Shown here: positions 1 through 8,068 of the stretch, piece by piece
Position numbering within the stretch: position 1 is the stretch's first letter
Layout of the letters: each line of letters opens with the position of its first letter
From: an uncultured Clostridia bacterium
GTDB taxonomy: Bacteria; Bacillota; Clostridia; UBA1381; UMGS1253
Assembly: GCA_937892135.1 (NCBI GenBank)
Contig: CALAUK010000160.1
Span: forward strand, 1-41,674
Reading direction: 5' to 3'
Length of the DNA stretch: 41,674 bases
Position numbers and translations under genes: made by a program
The notes under the pieces: model-generated
The model's input: only the letters and a program-made list of their open reading frames with translations
The model's database searches: none
Told to the model about the DNA's origin: nothing

Positions 1-112
<112 letters not shown>

Positions 113-127
113 TTATGTCTGTCAGAT

Positions 128-155
128 AATATACACTTTTTTTTCCGGAAATCAA
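128..155 (-). promoter_or_regulatory. candidate sigma-A promoter of gap
   Basis: The minus strand reads TTGATT (155-150), a 16-nt spacer, then TATATT (133-128), about 45 nt upstream of the gap ATG. Confidence 0.4.
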
Positions 156-176
156 ACTTTTCCGTCTGATTTCCGG
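145..176. promoter_or_regulatory. perfect 10-bp inverted repeat (CCGGAAATCA-N12-TGATTTCCGG); candidate operator overlapping the gap -35
   Basis: Arms 145-154 and 167-176 are exact reverse complements. The left arm overlaps the predicted -35 (150-155). Confidence 0.45.
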
Positions 177-177
177 T

Positions 178-621
178 GTGAAACCGCTAATGCCCTGGAG
201 TGGCAGCACCAATATTTTAGAGAACATTAAGCTCATCTGTGTCGATAGCGCATTTTTAATCTTCAATATTCTGTTTATTCTCGCATATATGATCGCATTG
301 TGCCAGAGCTGCAAGCCCAATCAGATCAACACAGAGGATAAAGAAGAACTGATTAAGCAGTTGGATGCGGCATTACAAAAAATGAAAAAAGTAAGATTTT
401 TGGAAAACAGGATAATAAAATATCCGAATAAAAAACTGATGCTCGGGGAAAAACTATATTCGGAGGTGAAAAAGATGTTAGAGAACAATAACAACAGAAA
501 CAATAACAACAATAACAACAACGAACAGCAGAAGAGAAACAACAATCAGAACCAGAACAACAACCAGAATCAGAATAACAATTCTGAAAAGAATAACGAA
601 AACAACAGAAACAATCAGTAA
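178..621 (+). CDS. hypothetical protein with one predicted TM helix, a short coiled-coil-like segment and an extremely Asn/Gln-rich C-terminal tail; start uncertain
   Basis: Only long ORF in this interval. The GTG 178 and ATG 190 starts lack an SD. An internal ATG at 475 has GGAGG (462-466) 8 nt upstream and would give a 48-aa peptide with 29 Asn. Confidence 0.45.
   Translation: MKPLMPWSGSTNILENIKLICVDSAFLIFNILFILAYMIALCQSCKPNQINTEDKEELIKQLDAALQKMKKVRFLENRIIKYPNKKLMLGEKLYSEVKKMLENNNNRNNNNNNNNEQQKRNNNQNQNNNQNQNNNSEKNNENNRNNQ
484..618 (+). repeat. low-complexity AAC/AAT/CAG trinucleotide tract (Asn/Gln codons)
   Basis: Direct reading shows aac aat aac aac aga aac aat aac aac aat aac aac aac and so on, in frame with the 178..621 ORF. 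Confidence 0.9.
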
Positions 622-900
622 AAAAAAGCCCTTGGCGGAACTCCTTAGGGAGAAATCGGTTTTGGATTGCTAATTTCCGCTAATAGTGCACAAAAAAATA
701 CAGACATACATTAGTATGCCTGTATTTTTTATGTCTTCTCTAAGACGAAAATTATCTAATCCAAAACTGCAAGGCACTCAAAAACAGCGAGAAATCCTTG
801 CGGATTGCGAAATGTTTGTACACAGATATGCACCAAAATTGTGTTTCTTGAGCGGTTTATCCCTAAGGAGTACCGCCCTTTTGAATGGGCTTTTTTTTTA
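620..900. repeat. 280-bp element bounded by ~40-bp imperfect terminal inverted repeats (MITE-like element or structured RNA)
   Basis: 634-658 and 853-877 are reverse complements at 22/25 positions. They are flanked by GCCC/GGGC and A8/T9 runs. Internal long-range pairings are 657-669/757-769 and 777-786/842-852. Confidence 0.6.
692..730. terminator. bidirectional intrinsic-terminator-like hairpin inside the inverted-repeat element
   Basis: ACAGACATAC (700-709) pairs with GTATGCCTGT (714-723) at 9/10 bp, with an ATTA loop. An A7 run lies upstream and a T6 run downstream. Confidence 0.6.
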
Positions 901-902
901 AA

Positions 903-1958
903 CTATTCTTCTTCAGAGTCAGCTTTGTTTAAAAGTTTTGCACGTGTAAGAGCTTCGATTTCTTCAGTGAATTCAGGATTTTGCTCCATATAAATTCTGA
1001 CATTATCTCTTCCCTGACCGATACGCTCGCCGTTATATGAAAACCACGAGCCACTTTTTACGATTATGCCAAGCTCTGTTGCAACATCTAAGATATTTCC
1101 TTCCTTTGAAATACCCTTGCCGTATAAAATATCAAACTCGGCCTCTTTAAAGGGAGGAGCAACTTTGTTTTTAACAACCTTTACGCGTGTGCGGTTACCA
1201 ACAATTTCACTGCCGTTTTTAATAGCCTCGATTCTTCTTATGTCAAGACGAACTGATGCATAGAACTTAAGAGCACGTCCGCCTGTGGTTGTTTCGGGGT
1301 TTCCGTAAATCACGCCAACCTTTTCACGAAGCTGATTGATAAATATTGCAACAGTGTTTGACTTGTTTAAAACACCTGCCAATTTACGAAGAGCCTGACT
1401 CATAAGCCTTGCGTGCAAGCCAACGTGAGAATCGCCCATTTCTCCGTCTATCTCGGCTTTGGGAACCAATGCTGCAACGGAGTCTATAACAACAACGTCT
1501 AATGCGCCGCTTCGAATTAAAGCTTCTGCAATTTCAAGCGCCTGCTCGCCTGTATCAGGCTGAGCAACGATAAGATTATCAATATCAACACCTAAATTTT
1601 TTGCATAAACAGGGTCTAATGCGTGCTCGGCATCAATAAACGCAACTTCGCCGCCTTTTTTCTGAGCCTCAGCAATAATATGCAGGGTAAGAGTTGTTTT
1701 ACCTGAAGATTCAGGGCCAAAAATTTCAACAATTCTGCCCTTGGGGATACCGCCAATACCTAAAGCCAAATCAAGACTCATTGAGCCTGTTGGAATAGAG
1801 TCAATATTAAGAGCGGGCTTTAAGCCAAGCTTCATAACAGAGCCTTTGCCAAACTGACTTTCAATATTCTCAAGCGCTGCATTTAACGCCTGCTTTTTCT
1901 GCTCGCTATCATTTAAAGCTCCAATGGGAGCATCTGCTTTTTTAGTTTTAAGTGCCAT
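903..1958 (-). CDS. recA: recombinase RecA
   Basis: 351 aa with Walker [10 protein letters not shown] and the typical RecA core ([21 protein letters not shown]). An SD lies upstream. Confidence 0.98.
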   Translation of the reverse strand: MALKTKKADAPIGALNDSEQKKQALNAALENIESQFGKGSVMKLGLKPALNIDSIPTGSMSLDLALGIGGIPKGRIVEIFGPESSGKTTLTLHIIAEAQKKGGEVAFIDAEHALDPVYAKNLGVDIDNLIVAQPDTGEQALEIAEALIRSGALDVVVIDSVAALVPKAEIDGEMGDSHVGLHARLMSQALRKLAGVLNKSNTVAIFINQLREKVGVIYGNPETTTGGRALKFYASVRLDIRRIEAIKNGSEIVGNRTRVKVVKNKVAPPFKEAEFDILYGKGISKEGNILDVATELGIIVKSGSWFSYNGERIGQGRDNVRIYMEQNPEFTEEIEALTRAKLLNKADSEEE

Positions 1959-1988
1959 TTTAATCTATCCTTTCCTCTTGAAAATTTG

Positions 1989-2002
1989 CAAACAATAGTT
2001 CG
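1989..2002 (-). promoter_or_regulatory. LexA/DinR (Cheo) SOS box in front of recA
   Basis: The minus strand reads CGAACTATTGTTTG, against the Firmicutes consensus CGAAC-N4-GTTCG (one mismatch). It sits just downstream of the predicted -10. Confidence 0.7.
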
Positions 2003-2011
2003 ATTAATGTT

Positions 2012-2040
2012 ATTATATCTTATTTTTTTTAACTTGTCAA
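2012..2040 (-). promoter_or_regulatory. consensus sigma-A promoter of recA
   Basis: The minus strand reads TTGACA (2040-2035), a 17-nt spacer, then TATAAT (2017-2012). Confidence 0.65.
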
Positions 2041-2049
2041 TAGATAATT

Positions 2050-2523
2050 TTAAAAATTTTCATTTATGTGTTTTGTTACTATGTCGAATATAACAAGGCA
2101 AGCTTTTTTTCGTATTTCATCACGGTTTCCCGATAAAAGAAGTTTTTTTGAAAATGATTTATAACGGCTTTTAATGCCAACATAAACAAGGCCTACGGGA
2201 TTTTGATATTGGTCGCTGTTTGGCCCTGCAACTCCCGTTACCGAAACTGCAATATCGCAGTCTGCTTTTTTATAAAGACCGTCTGCCATAGAAGATGCCA
2301 CTTCGCCACTTACAACAGTATGCTTTTTTATAAGCTCGCTTTTCACGCCTAAAATCTTGTTTTTTGCACTTTCGCTGTATGTTACATAGCTTTCAGAAAG
2401 GACTGATGAGCTTCCTGAAATATCGGTTATGCTTTTTGCTAAAAGCCCACCCGTGCAGCTTTCTGCAAAGCTTATTTTAAGCCCTTTTTCTTTTAAAAGC
2501 GATACTAATTTTAAGCTTGTCAT
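2050..2523 (-). CDS. pncC: CinA C-terminal-domain protein / nicotinamide-nucleotide amidohydrolase (PncC-like)
   Basis: FAESCTGGLLA and VTGVAGP motifs of the CinA/PncC domain. It lies upstream of recA, as in the Firmicutes cinA-recA arrangement. The start could be ATG 2523 or TTG 2532. Confidence 0.85.
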   Translation of the reverse strand: MTSLKLVSLLKEKGLKISFAESCTGGLLAKSITDISGSSSVLSESYVTYSESAKNKILGVKSELIKKHTVVSGEVASSMADGLYKKADCDIAVSVTGVAGPNSDQYQNPVGLVYVGIKSRYKSFSKKLLLSGNRDEIRKKACLVIFDIVTKHINENF

Positions 2524-2631
2524 AAAAACCAAAACCTTTCTGTTATGTCTTATTATATTTTACCATAATAAAAAATCTAAAACAAGGTTTTTTATTTAAA
2601 AAGGCAAGTGCGCAAAAATCTCGGCAAATGC

Positions 2632-2660
2632 TTGACGAAAAGGCATAAAAATGGTAAAAT
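2632..2660 (+). promoter_or_regulatory. candidate sigma-A promoter (methyltransferase/ecf operon)
   Basis: TTGACG (2632-2637), 17 nt, then TAAAAT (2655-2660) with an upstream TG. Confidence 0.5.
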
Positions 2661-2714
2661 AAATAATTAAGGTTAATACTTGTTTTTAATGCGGATTAAG
2701 AATGGAGAATAGTT

Positions 2715-3581
2715 ATGTGGTTAGCTGATAAATGGTCAGATTATGAGCTTATAGACAGCGCAGACGGCGAGAAGCTTGAGCGCTGGGGAAATATTATTTT
2801 GCGCCGTCCCGACCCTCTTGCAGTGTGGAAGGATAAGGACAGTAATTTGTGGGACAATCCTCACGCATGGTATCACCGTTCAAATACGGGCGGAGGACAC
2901 TGGGAATACAGAAAAAAGCTTCCTGAGAAGTGGAGCATTAATTTTGAAGATTTGACTTTTCAGATTAAGCCTATGAATTTTAAGCACACGGGGCTTTTTC
3001 CCGAGCAGGCGGCTAACTGGAAATGGTTTTCCGAGCTTATAAAAAACAGCGGAAGAGAAATAAGGGTTTTAAACCTTTTTGCCTACACCGGGGGAGCGAC
3101 AGTTGCAGGCCTTGGTGCGGGTGCCAATGTAACTCACGTTGATGCGGCAAAGGGAATGGTAAACTGGGCAAAGGAAAATGTTAATGCATCTTCTCTTTCT
3201 GACAGAGGCGTAAGATATATTGTTGATGACGTTTTAAAGTTTGTTCTTCGTGAACAGAGGCGCGGAAAGCAGTATGAGGCTATTATTATGGACCCGCCGT
3301 CATACGGAAGAGGCCCGTCAGGCGAAGTGTGGAAGATAGAAAATGAGCTTTATTCACTAGTTGAGGAATGTGTGAAAATTATGAGTGATAAGCCTTTGTT
3401 CTTTTTGATAAATTCATACACAACGGGGCTTTCAGCATCGGTTTTAAATAATATTTTATCGCTTACAGTGAAAAAGAAATTCGGCGGAAAGATTTCTGCT
3501 GACGAGCTTGGAATTCCTATGAGTGCAAAGAAAGGACTTTGTCTTCCTTGCGGAATTTCGGGAAGATGGCAGGCAGAATAG
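2715..3581 (+). CDS. class I SAM-dependent methyltransferase (RlmI/RlmK-like catalytic domain, no PUA domain)
   Basis: LFAYTGG (SAM-binding) and IIMDPPSYGRG motifs typical of the COG1092-type RNA methyltransferase core. Confidence 0.75.
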   Translation: MWLADKWSDYELIDSADGEKLERWGNIILRRPDPLAVWKDKDSNLWDNPHAWYHRSNTGGGHWEYRKKLPEKWSINFEDLTFQIKPMNFKHTGLFPEQAANWKWFSELIKNSGREIRVLNLFAYTGGATVAGLGAGANVTHVDAAKGMVNWAKENVNASSLSDRGVRYIVDDVLKFVLREQRRGKQYEAIIMDPPSYGRGPSGEVWKIENELYSLVEECVKIMSDKPLFFLINSYTTGLSASVLNNILSLTVKKKFGGKISADELGIPMSAKKGLCLPCGISGRWQAE

Positions 3582-3598
3582 AAAAGAGTTAGGTTTAT

Positions 3599-4432
3599 AT
3601 GATTAAATGCGAAAATTTGACATTTGAATATGAGGGCGACGAGGACAGGGAAAAAACTGTTGTCTTAAATGGTGTTGATGTCAGCATAGAAAAGGGTGAG
3701 TTTGTGTGCATAGTAGGGCACAACGGCTCAGGAAAGTCCACCCTTGCAAAGCACTTTAACGCAATTAAGCTTCCTTGCGGGGGAAAGGTTTTAGTTGACG
3801 GGCTTGATACATCAGACGAAAATCTTCTTTACGAAATACGCTCCCGTGTGGGACTTGTTTTTCAAAATCCCGACAATCAGATTGTTGCAAACATTGTTGA
3901 AGAGGATGTTGCATTTGCGCCCGAAAACTTAGGCGTCAAGCCCGATGAAATAAGAAAAAGGGTTGATGAGGCTCTTCGTGCGGTTGGAATGTATGAAAAC
4001 AAAATGAGCGCACCGCACCTTTTATCAGGAGGGCAGAAGCAGAGGATTGCAATAGCGGGAATTTTAGCGATGCAGCCTGAATATATCGTTTTGGATGAGC
4101 CGACTGCAATGCTTGATCCAACGGGAAGAAAAGAAGTTTTAAAAACAATTTCAAAGCTTAATAAAGAGCTTAATATGACAGTTGTTCTTATAACTCACTA
4201 TATGTCAGAAACTGTTCGTGCTGACAGAATTTTAGTTATGAAAGACGGAGATATAATTTTAGAGGGAACGCCCCGTGAGGTATTTTCAAAGCCCGAAGTT
4301 TTGTCTTCGGCAGGGCTTGACGTGCCTCAGTCAGCGGAGCTTATGTATGAGCTTAAAAAAGAGGGAATTAATGTTCCCTCGGGTGTTATAGAGATTGAAG
4401 AATGTGTTGAGGAGATTTTAAAGCTGTTATGA
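3599..4432 (+). CDS. ecfA1: energy-coupling factor (ECF) transporter ATPase EcfA1
   Basis: Walker [10 protein letters not shown], signature LSGGQKQR, Walker B LDEPT. First of a tandem ATPase pair followed by ecfT. Confidence 0.93.
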   Translation: MIKCENLTFEYEGDEDREKTVVLNGVDVSIEKGEFVCIVGHNGSGKSTLAKHFNAIKLPCGGKVLVDGLDTSDENLLYEIRSRVGLVFQNPDNQIVANIVEEDVAFAPENLGVKPDEIRKRVDEALRAVGMYENKMSAPHLLSGGQKQRIAIAGILAMQPEYIVLDEPTAMLDPTGRKEVLKTISKLNKELNMTVVLITHYMSETVRADRILVMKDGDIILEGTPREVFSKPEVLSSAGLDVPQSAELMYELKKEGINVPSGVIEIEECVEEILKLL

Positions 4433-5271
4433 TAAGGTGCGAAAATTTAAGCCATATTTATCAGGCGGGAACGCCTTTTGAAAAAATGGCTTTAAAGAAA
4501 ATAAATCTTCATATAAAAAAAGGCGAGCTTGTTGCAATTATAGGTCATACAGGTTCGGGAAAATCCACCCTTGTTCAGCATTTTAATGCGCTGTATATTC
4601 CGACAAGCGGAAAGGTGTTAGTAGATGGGGTTGATACTTCGGATAAAAAGACAAAGCTTCTTGAAATACGCCGTAAGGTAGGGCTTGTTTTTCAGTATCC
4701 CGAGCATCAGCTTATGGAGGAGACCGTAAGAAAGGATATTGCATTCGGGCCTAAAAACCTTGGCATTTCGGGGCATGAGCTTGAAGAGAGAATTGAAATT
4801 GCTGCCCAAATGACGGGAATTAAAAAAGAATATCTTGATAAATCTCCTTTTGACTTGTCGGGTGGCGAAAAAAGAAGAGTTGCGATTGCGGGCGTTCTTT
4901 CGATGGAGCCCGAGGTTTTAGTATTGGATGAGCCTACCGCAGGGCTTGACCCATCGGGAAGAGACGAGCTTTTAACCCTTATTAAAAAGCTTAATGATAC
5001 GGGTATGACGATTGTTTTAGTGTCGCACAGTATGGAAGATGTTGCGCGCCTTGCAGAAAGGGTTATAGTAATTGATGACGGAGAAATATCTTTGGATGGA
5101 ACTCCCCAAGAGGTTTTTCGGGAGGGCGACTTTTTAAAAAGCGTTGGTCTTGATGTGCCCGAAATAAGTGAGATTATTACAAGGCTCAGGGAAAAGGGAG
5201 TAAATCTTCCCCCTGATATATACACAGTCAAAAGAGCAAAAGAGGAAATTTTAAAAATTCTTAAAAGGTAG
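4429..5271 (+). CDS. ecfA2: ECF transporter ATPase EcfA2
   Basis: [26 protein letters not shown], and an N-terminal YQAGTPFE motif typical of EcfA2. Overlaps ecfA1 by 4 nt. Confidence 0.93.
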   Translation: MIRCENLSHIYQAGTPFEKMALKKINLHIKKGELVAIIGHTGSGKSTLVQHFNALYIPTSGKVLVDGVDTSDKKTKLLEIRRKVGLVFQYPEHQLMEETVRKDIAFGPKNLGISGHELEERIEIAAQMTGIKKEYLDKSPFDLSGGEKRRVAIAGVLSMEPEVLVLDEPTAGLDPSGRDELLTLIKKLNDTGMTIVLVSHSMEDVARLAERVIVIDDGEISLDGTPQEVFREGDFLKSVGLDVPEISEIITRLREKGVNLPPDIYTVKRAKEEILKILKR

Positions 5272-5282
5272 ATGTCTTAAAT

Positions 5283-6098
5283 ATGCTTAAGGATATAACT
5301 CTTGGTCAGTATTTTCCGGGAAGCTCACCGCTTCACAGAATGGATCCGAGAACAAAAATAATTATTACGCTTATATATGTTATCACGCTGTTTTTTGTTA
5401 AAAATTTCAGCGGTTTTGGCGTATTCTTTTTGTTTATTGCACTTTCGGTATTTGCATCAAGGATATCCTTTAAATTTGTTGTTAAAGGGTTAAAGCCTTT
5501 GTTATTTGTTATTGTTTTTACGGGACTTTTAAATATTTTTATGACAGGCGGAGAGACAGCCTTTACAATTCCTTACACAAATATAACGGCGACATGGGAA
5601 GGAATTAAGATGGCGGCGTTTATGATTTTAAGGCTTGTGCTTCTTATTTTCGGAACATCTCTTCTTACGCTTACAACATCTCCTATATCTTTGACAGACG
5701 GAATAGAAGCCCTTTTGTCACCTTTAAAAAAGATTAAAATGCCGGTGCACGAGCTTTCTATGATGATGACAATCGCAATAAGATTTATTCCTACAATTCT
5801 TGAAGAAACAGACAAGATTATGAAAGCACAGACTGCAAGAGGCGCAGATTTTAAGAGCGGGAATGTGTTTAAAAGAGCAAAGGCTCTTGTGCCGATTTTA
5901 GTGCCCTTGTTTATAGGTGCTTTCAGAAGAGCGGACGAGCTTTCTATGGCGATGGAAACAAGATGCTACAATGGCGGAGACGGAAGAACAAAGCTAAAAA
6001 GCCTTAAGCTTACGGCAGTTGACGGCTGGTGTTTTTTAATAAGCATATTGTTTTTAGCTTTCGGCACATTTACAGGATATATGAGCTTTTTAATATAA
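5283..6098 (+). CDS. ecfT: ECF transporter transmembrane component EcfT
   Basis: Polytopic membrane protein with the MPVHELSMMMTIAIRFIP and ARGAD coupling-helix motifs. Position is after ecfA1/A2. Confidence 0.92.
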   Translation: MLKDITLGQYFPGSSPLHRMDPRTKIIITLIYVITLFFVKNFSGFGVFFLFIALSVFASRISFKFVVKGLKPLLFVIVFTGLLNIFMTGGETAFTIPYTNITATWEGIKMAAFMILRLVLLIFGTSLLTLTTSPISLTDGIEALLSPLKKIKMPVHELSMMMTIAIRFIPTILEETDKIMKAQTARGADFKSGNVFKRAKALVPILVPLFIGAFRRADELSMAMETRCYNGGDGRTKLKSLKLTAVDGWCFLISILFLAFGTFTGYMSFLI

Positions 6099-6114
6099 AA
6101 AAGGTGGTGCGGAG

Positions 6115-6873
6115 TTGAAAAATATTGCACTGATACTAAGCTATAACGGAGAAAAATATCACGGCTGGCAGATACAGAATAATGCGGTTAGTGTATGTTC
6201 TGTTTTAACGGACGCGATAGAAAAAATTATAAAGAAAAAAGTTTCGGTCACAGGATGCGGAAGAACAGATGCGGGAGTCCATGCCATTAATTATGTTTGT
6301 AACTTTATGGCAGACACAAATATTCCCGAAGAAAAAATTCCGTGTGCCTTAAATTCAGTTTTACCTTATGATATAAGAGTCAAAAAAGCATTTTTTATTT
6401 CTTCTGATTTTCATTCCCGGTTTGATGTTATTAAAAAAAGATATGTTTATAAAATTGTGTGTGATGGCGTGGGCGATGTGTTTTCATTGGGCAGAGCATG
6501 GCAGATAAAGTATGATTTAGACTTTGAGAAAATGCAAAGTGCATGTAAGGCTTTTTTGGGCGAGCACGATTTTGCGGCTTTTCGTGCGACTGGTACTGAC
6601 ACTAAAACAAGCGTTAGAACTATTTACGATTTGCACCTTGAAAAAGAGGGGAATGTTATAACTGTTTCTGTGTGTGCAAACGGATTTTTATATAATATGG
6701 TAAGAATTATAGTGGGGACACTTATGTATGTAGGATGCGGAAAAATAGAGGCTTCAGAGATTAGTGATATTATAAAAAGCCTTGACCGCACAAGAGCGGG
6801 CATAACAGCCCCGCCTGACGGGCTTTATATGCACAGTGTAGAGTATGATAAAAAGTTTGGGATAGAGGTGTAA
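6115..6873 (+). CDS. truA: tRNA pseudouridine(38-40) synthase TruA
   Basis: YNGEKYHGWQIQ, the catalytic GCGRTDAGVHA motif, and FLYNMVRIIVG. TTG start with AGGTGG upstream. Confidence 0.93.
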   Translation: MKNIALILSYNGEKYHGWQIQNNAVSVCSVLTDAIEKIIKKKVSVTGCGRTDAGVHAINYVCNFMADTNIPEEKIPCALNSVLPYDIRVKKAFFISSDFHSRFDVIKKRYVYKIVCDGVGDVFSLGRAWQIKYDLDFEKMQSACKAFLGEHDFAAFRATGTDTKTSVRTIYDLHLEKEGNVITVSVCANGFLYNMVRIIVGTLMYVGCGKIEASEISDIIKSLDRTRAGITAPPDGLYMHSVEYDKKFGIEV

Positions 6874-6875
6874 AA

Positions 6876-8057
6876 ATGGCAAGTCTTGAAGAGTACAGAG
6901 CAAAAAAAAGAGAAGAGCAGGAGCGCCGAGACAGACGAAAAAAGAACCTGGCAAGATTTACTGTGATTTTTATGTCTGTTGTTTTGGTGTTGGTATTCTT
7001 ATATTATATATGCTTTTTAAGCGGATGGTCTTATTATAACAAGGGAGAAGACTTTGTTATTGAAGAAAATATAATTAAAACAGTTGAAAAAACCTCTGAA
7101 AAAGAGCTTGTTTCAAAGGAGTACAGAGACCTTTCTCTCGTTTTTGAAAACGGAAAGCTTACGGCTTATAATATTTCAGGAAAAGCAAGATGGTCGCTTG
7201 ATGTACAGGTAACCAATCCCATTTTGGAGGTTTCGGGAAAGTACGTTCTTTTGGCAGAAAGAAGCGGCAAAAATGTGTATATCATAAAAGACGGCAAAAT
7301 TATGCTTGAATATCAGACGGAATATATCATTTCCACGGCAGACATAAACAAAAAGGGAACTGTTATAACTGTTACTGATGATAATAATTATAAAAACCGT
7401 GTTTCTGTGAGAAAGTCTTCGGGAAAGGAGATTTTTGTGTGGCACAGTGCGACCTCGTATGTTGTTGATGCGGCAATAAGCGATAATCAGGAAACAGTTA
7501 TGCTGACGACACTTGCCACATATACTAAACAAGACGGAAAAAAAGAATACACCTCAGGTGTTAAGACCTTCAGCATAAAAGAGGGAAAGGAAATTTCAAA
7601 CAAGGAGTTTGAAGACAGTATTGCAGTTTCCGTATTTTATGCGAAGAACGGATATATAGTTATATCTGACAAAGAGGCAGTTAAATATGACAACAAGGGA
7701 GACCATCCCAAAAAATACACCTTTAATGGTAAGTGCGGAAAGTTTTCTTATGATAAGCCAAACTTAGCGGTAGTTTATATAGACGAGCACTATAACAATC
7801 ATTTAGTTATCTTAAATGAAAATCTTGATGTTAAGGCGGAGAAGAATCTTGAGAATATAACAATAGACTCTCTTGATATGAACACCTCTGTTGTATGCTA
7901 TCGGGTGGATAACGAGATATATTTATTAAAGCCTAATCTTAAGGTAAGATACAGAATTAAGACAAAAAGCCTGTATGACGATATAGTTTTGTTCTCAAGA
8001 GGAAAAAGAGTTGCGGCAATAAATGAAAATGGTGTAAGCATTATAGAAGCTAAATAA
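6876..8057 (+). CDS. hypothetical N-terminally membrane-anchored protein with a beta-rich repetitive ectodomain (possibly a DUF5711-type family)
   Basis: Basic cytoplasmic head (KKREEQERRDRRKK), one TM helix, then ~330 aa of repeated beta-strand-like segments. Good SD. The family name is recalled from memory only. Confidence 0.7.
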   Translation: MASLEEYRAKKREEQERRDRRKKNLARFTVIFMSVVLVLVFLYYICFLSGWSYYNKGEDFVIEENIIKTVEKTSEKELVSKEYRDLSLVFENGKLTAYNISGKARWSLDVQVTNPILEVSGKYVLLAERSGKNVYIIKDGKIMLEYQTEYIISTADINKKGTVITVTDDNNYKNRVSVRKSSGKEIFVWHSATSYVVDAAISDNQETVMLTTLATYTKQDGKKEYTSGVKTFSIKEGKEISNKEFEDSIAVSVFYAKNGYIVISDKEAVKYDNKGDHPKKYTFNGKCGKFSYDKPNLAVVYIDEHYNNHLVILNENLDVKAEKNLENITIDSLDMNTSVVCYRVDNEIYLLKPNLKVRYRIKTKSLYDDIVLFSRGKRVAAINENGVSIIEAK

Positions 8058-8068
8058 GGAGACAGATT

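Noticed and set aside
179-192. cre (CcpA)-like site TGAAACCGCTAATG upstream of gap.
   Set aside because: It has three mismatches to WTGNAANCGNWNNCW, including the 3' conserved C. That is too weak to call.
475-730. Asn-rich ORF acting as a leader peptide of an Asn-sensing transcription attenuator (by analogy with the his/phe/thr leaders), with the hairpin at 700-723 as the terminator.
   Set aside because: No upstream segment is complementary to the 5' arm of the 700-723 stem, so there is no antiterminator. There is also no downstream plus-strand gene to regulate, since the next gene is the convergent recA.
686-901. 71-aa GTG-initiated ORF inside the inverted-repeat element.
   Set aside because: It has no SD, it runs straight through a terminator-like hairpin and the repeat arm, and its composition is not protein-like.
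4707-5231. 174-aa minus-strand ORF inside ecfA2. The same applies to 20030..20647 inside the EF-G paralog, 35972..36409 inside rpsB, 40791..41168 inside dxr, 39865..40251 inside cdsA, and 16183..16557 inside metH.
   Set aside because: These are antisense shadow ORFs of strongly supported genes. Their products are low-complexity Ser/Ile/Leu-rich sequences, with no SD and no recognisable motifs.
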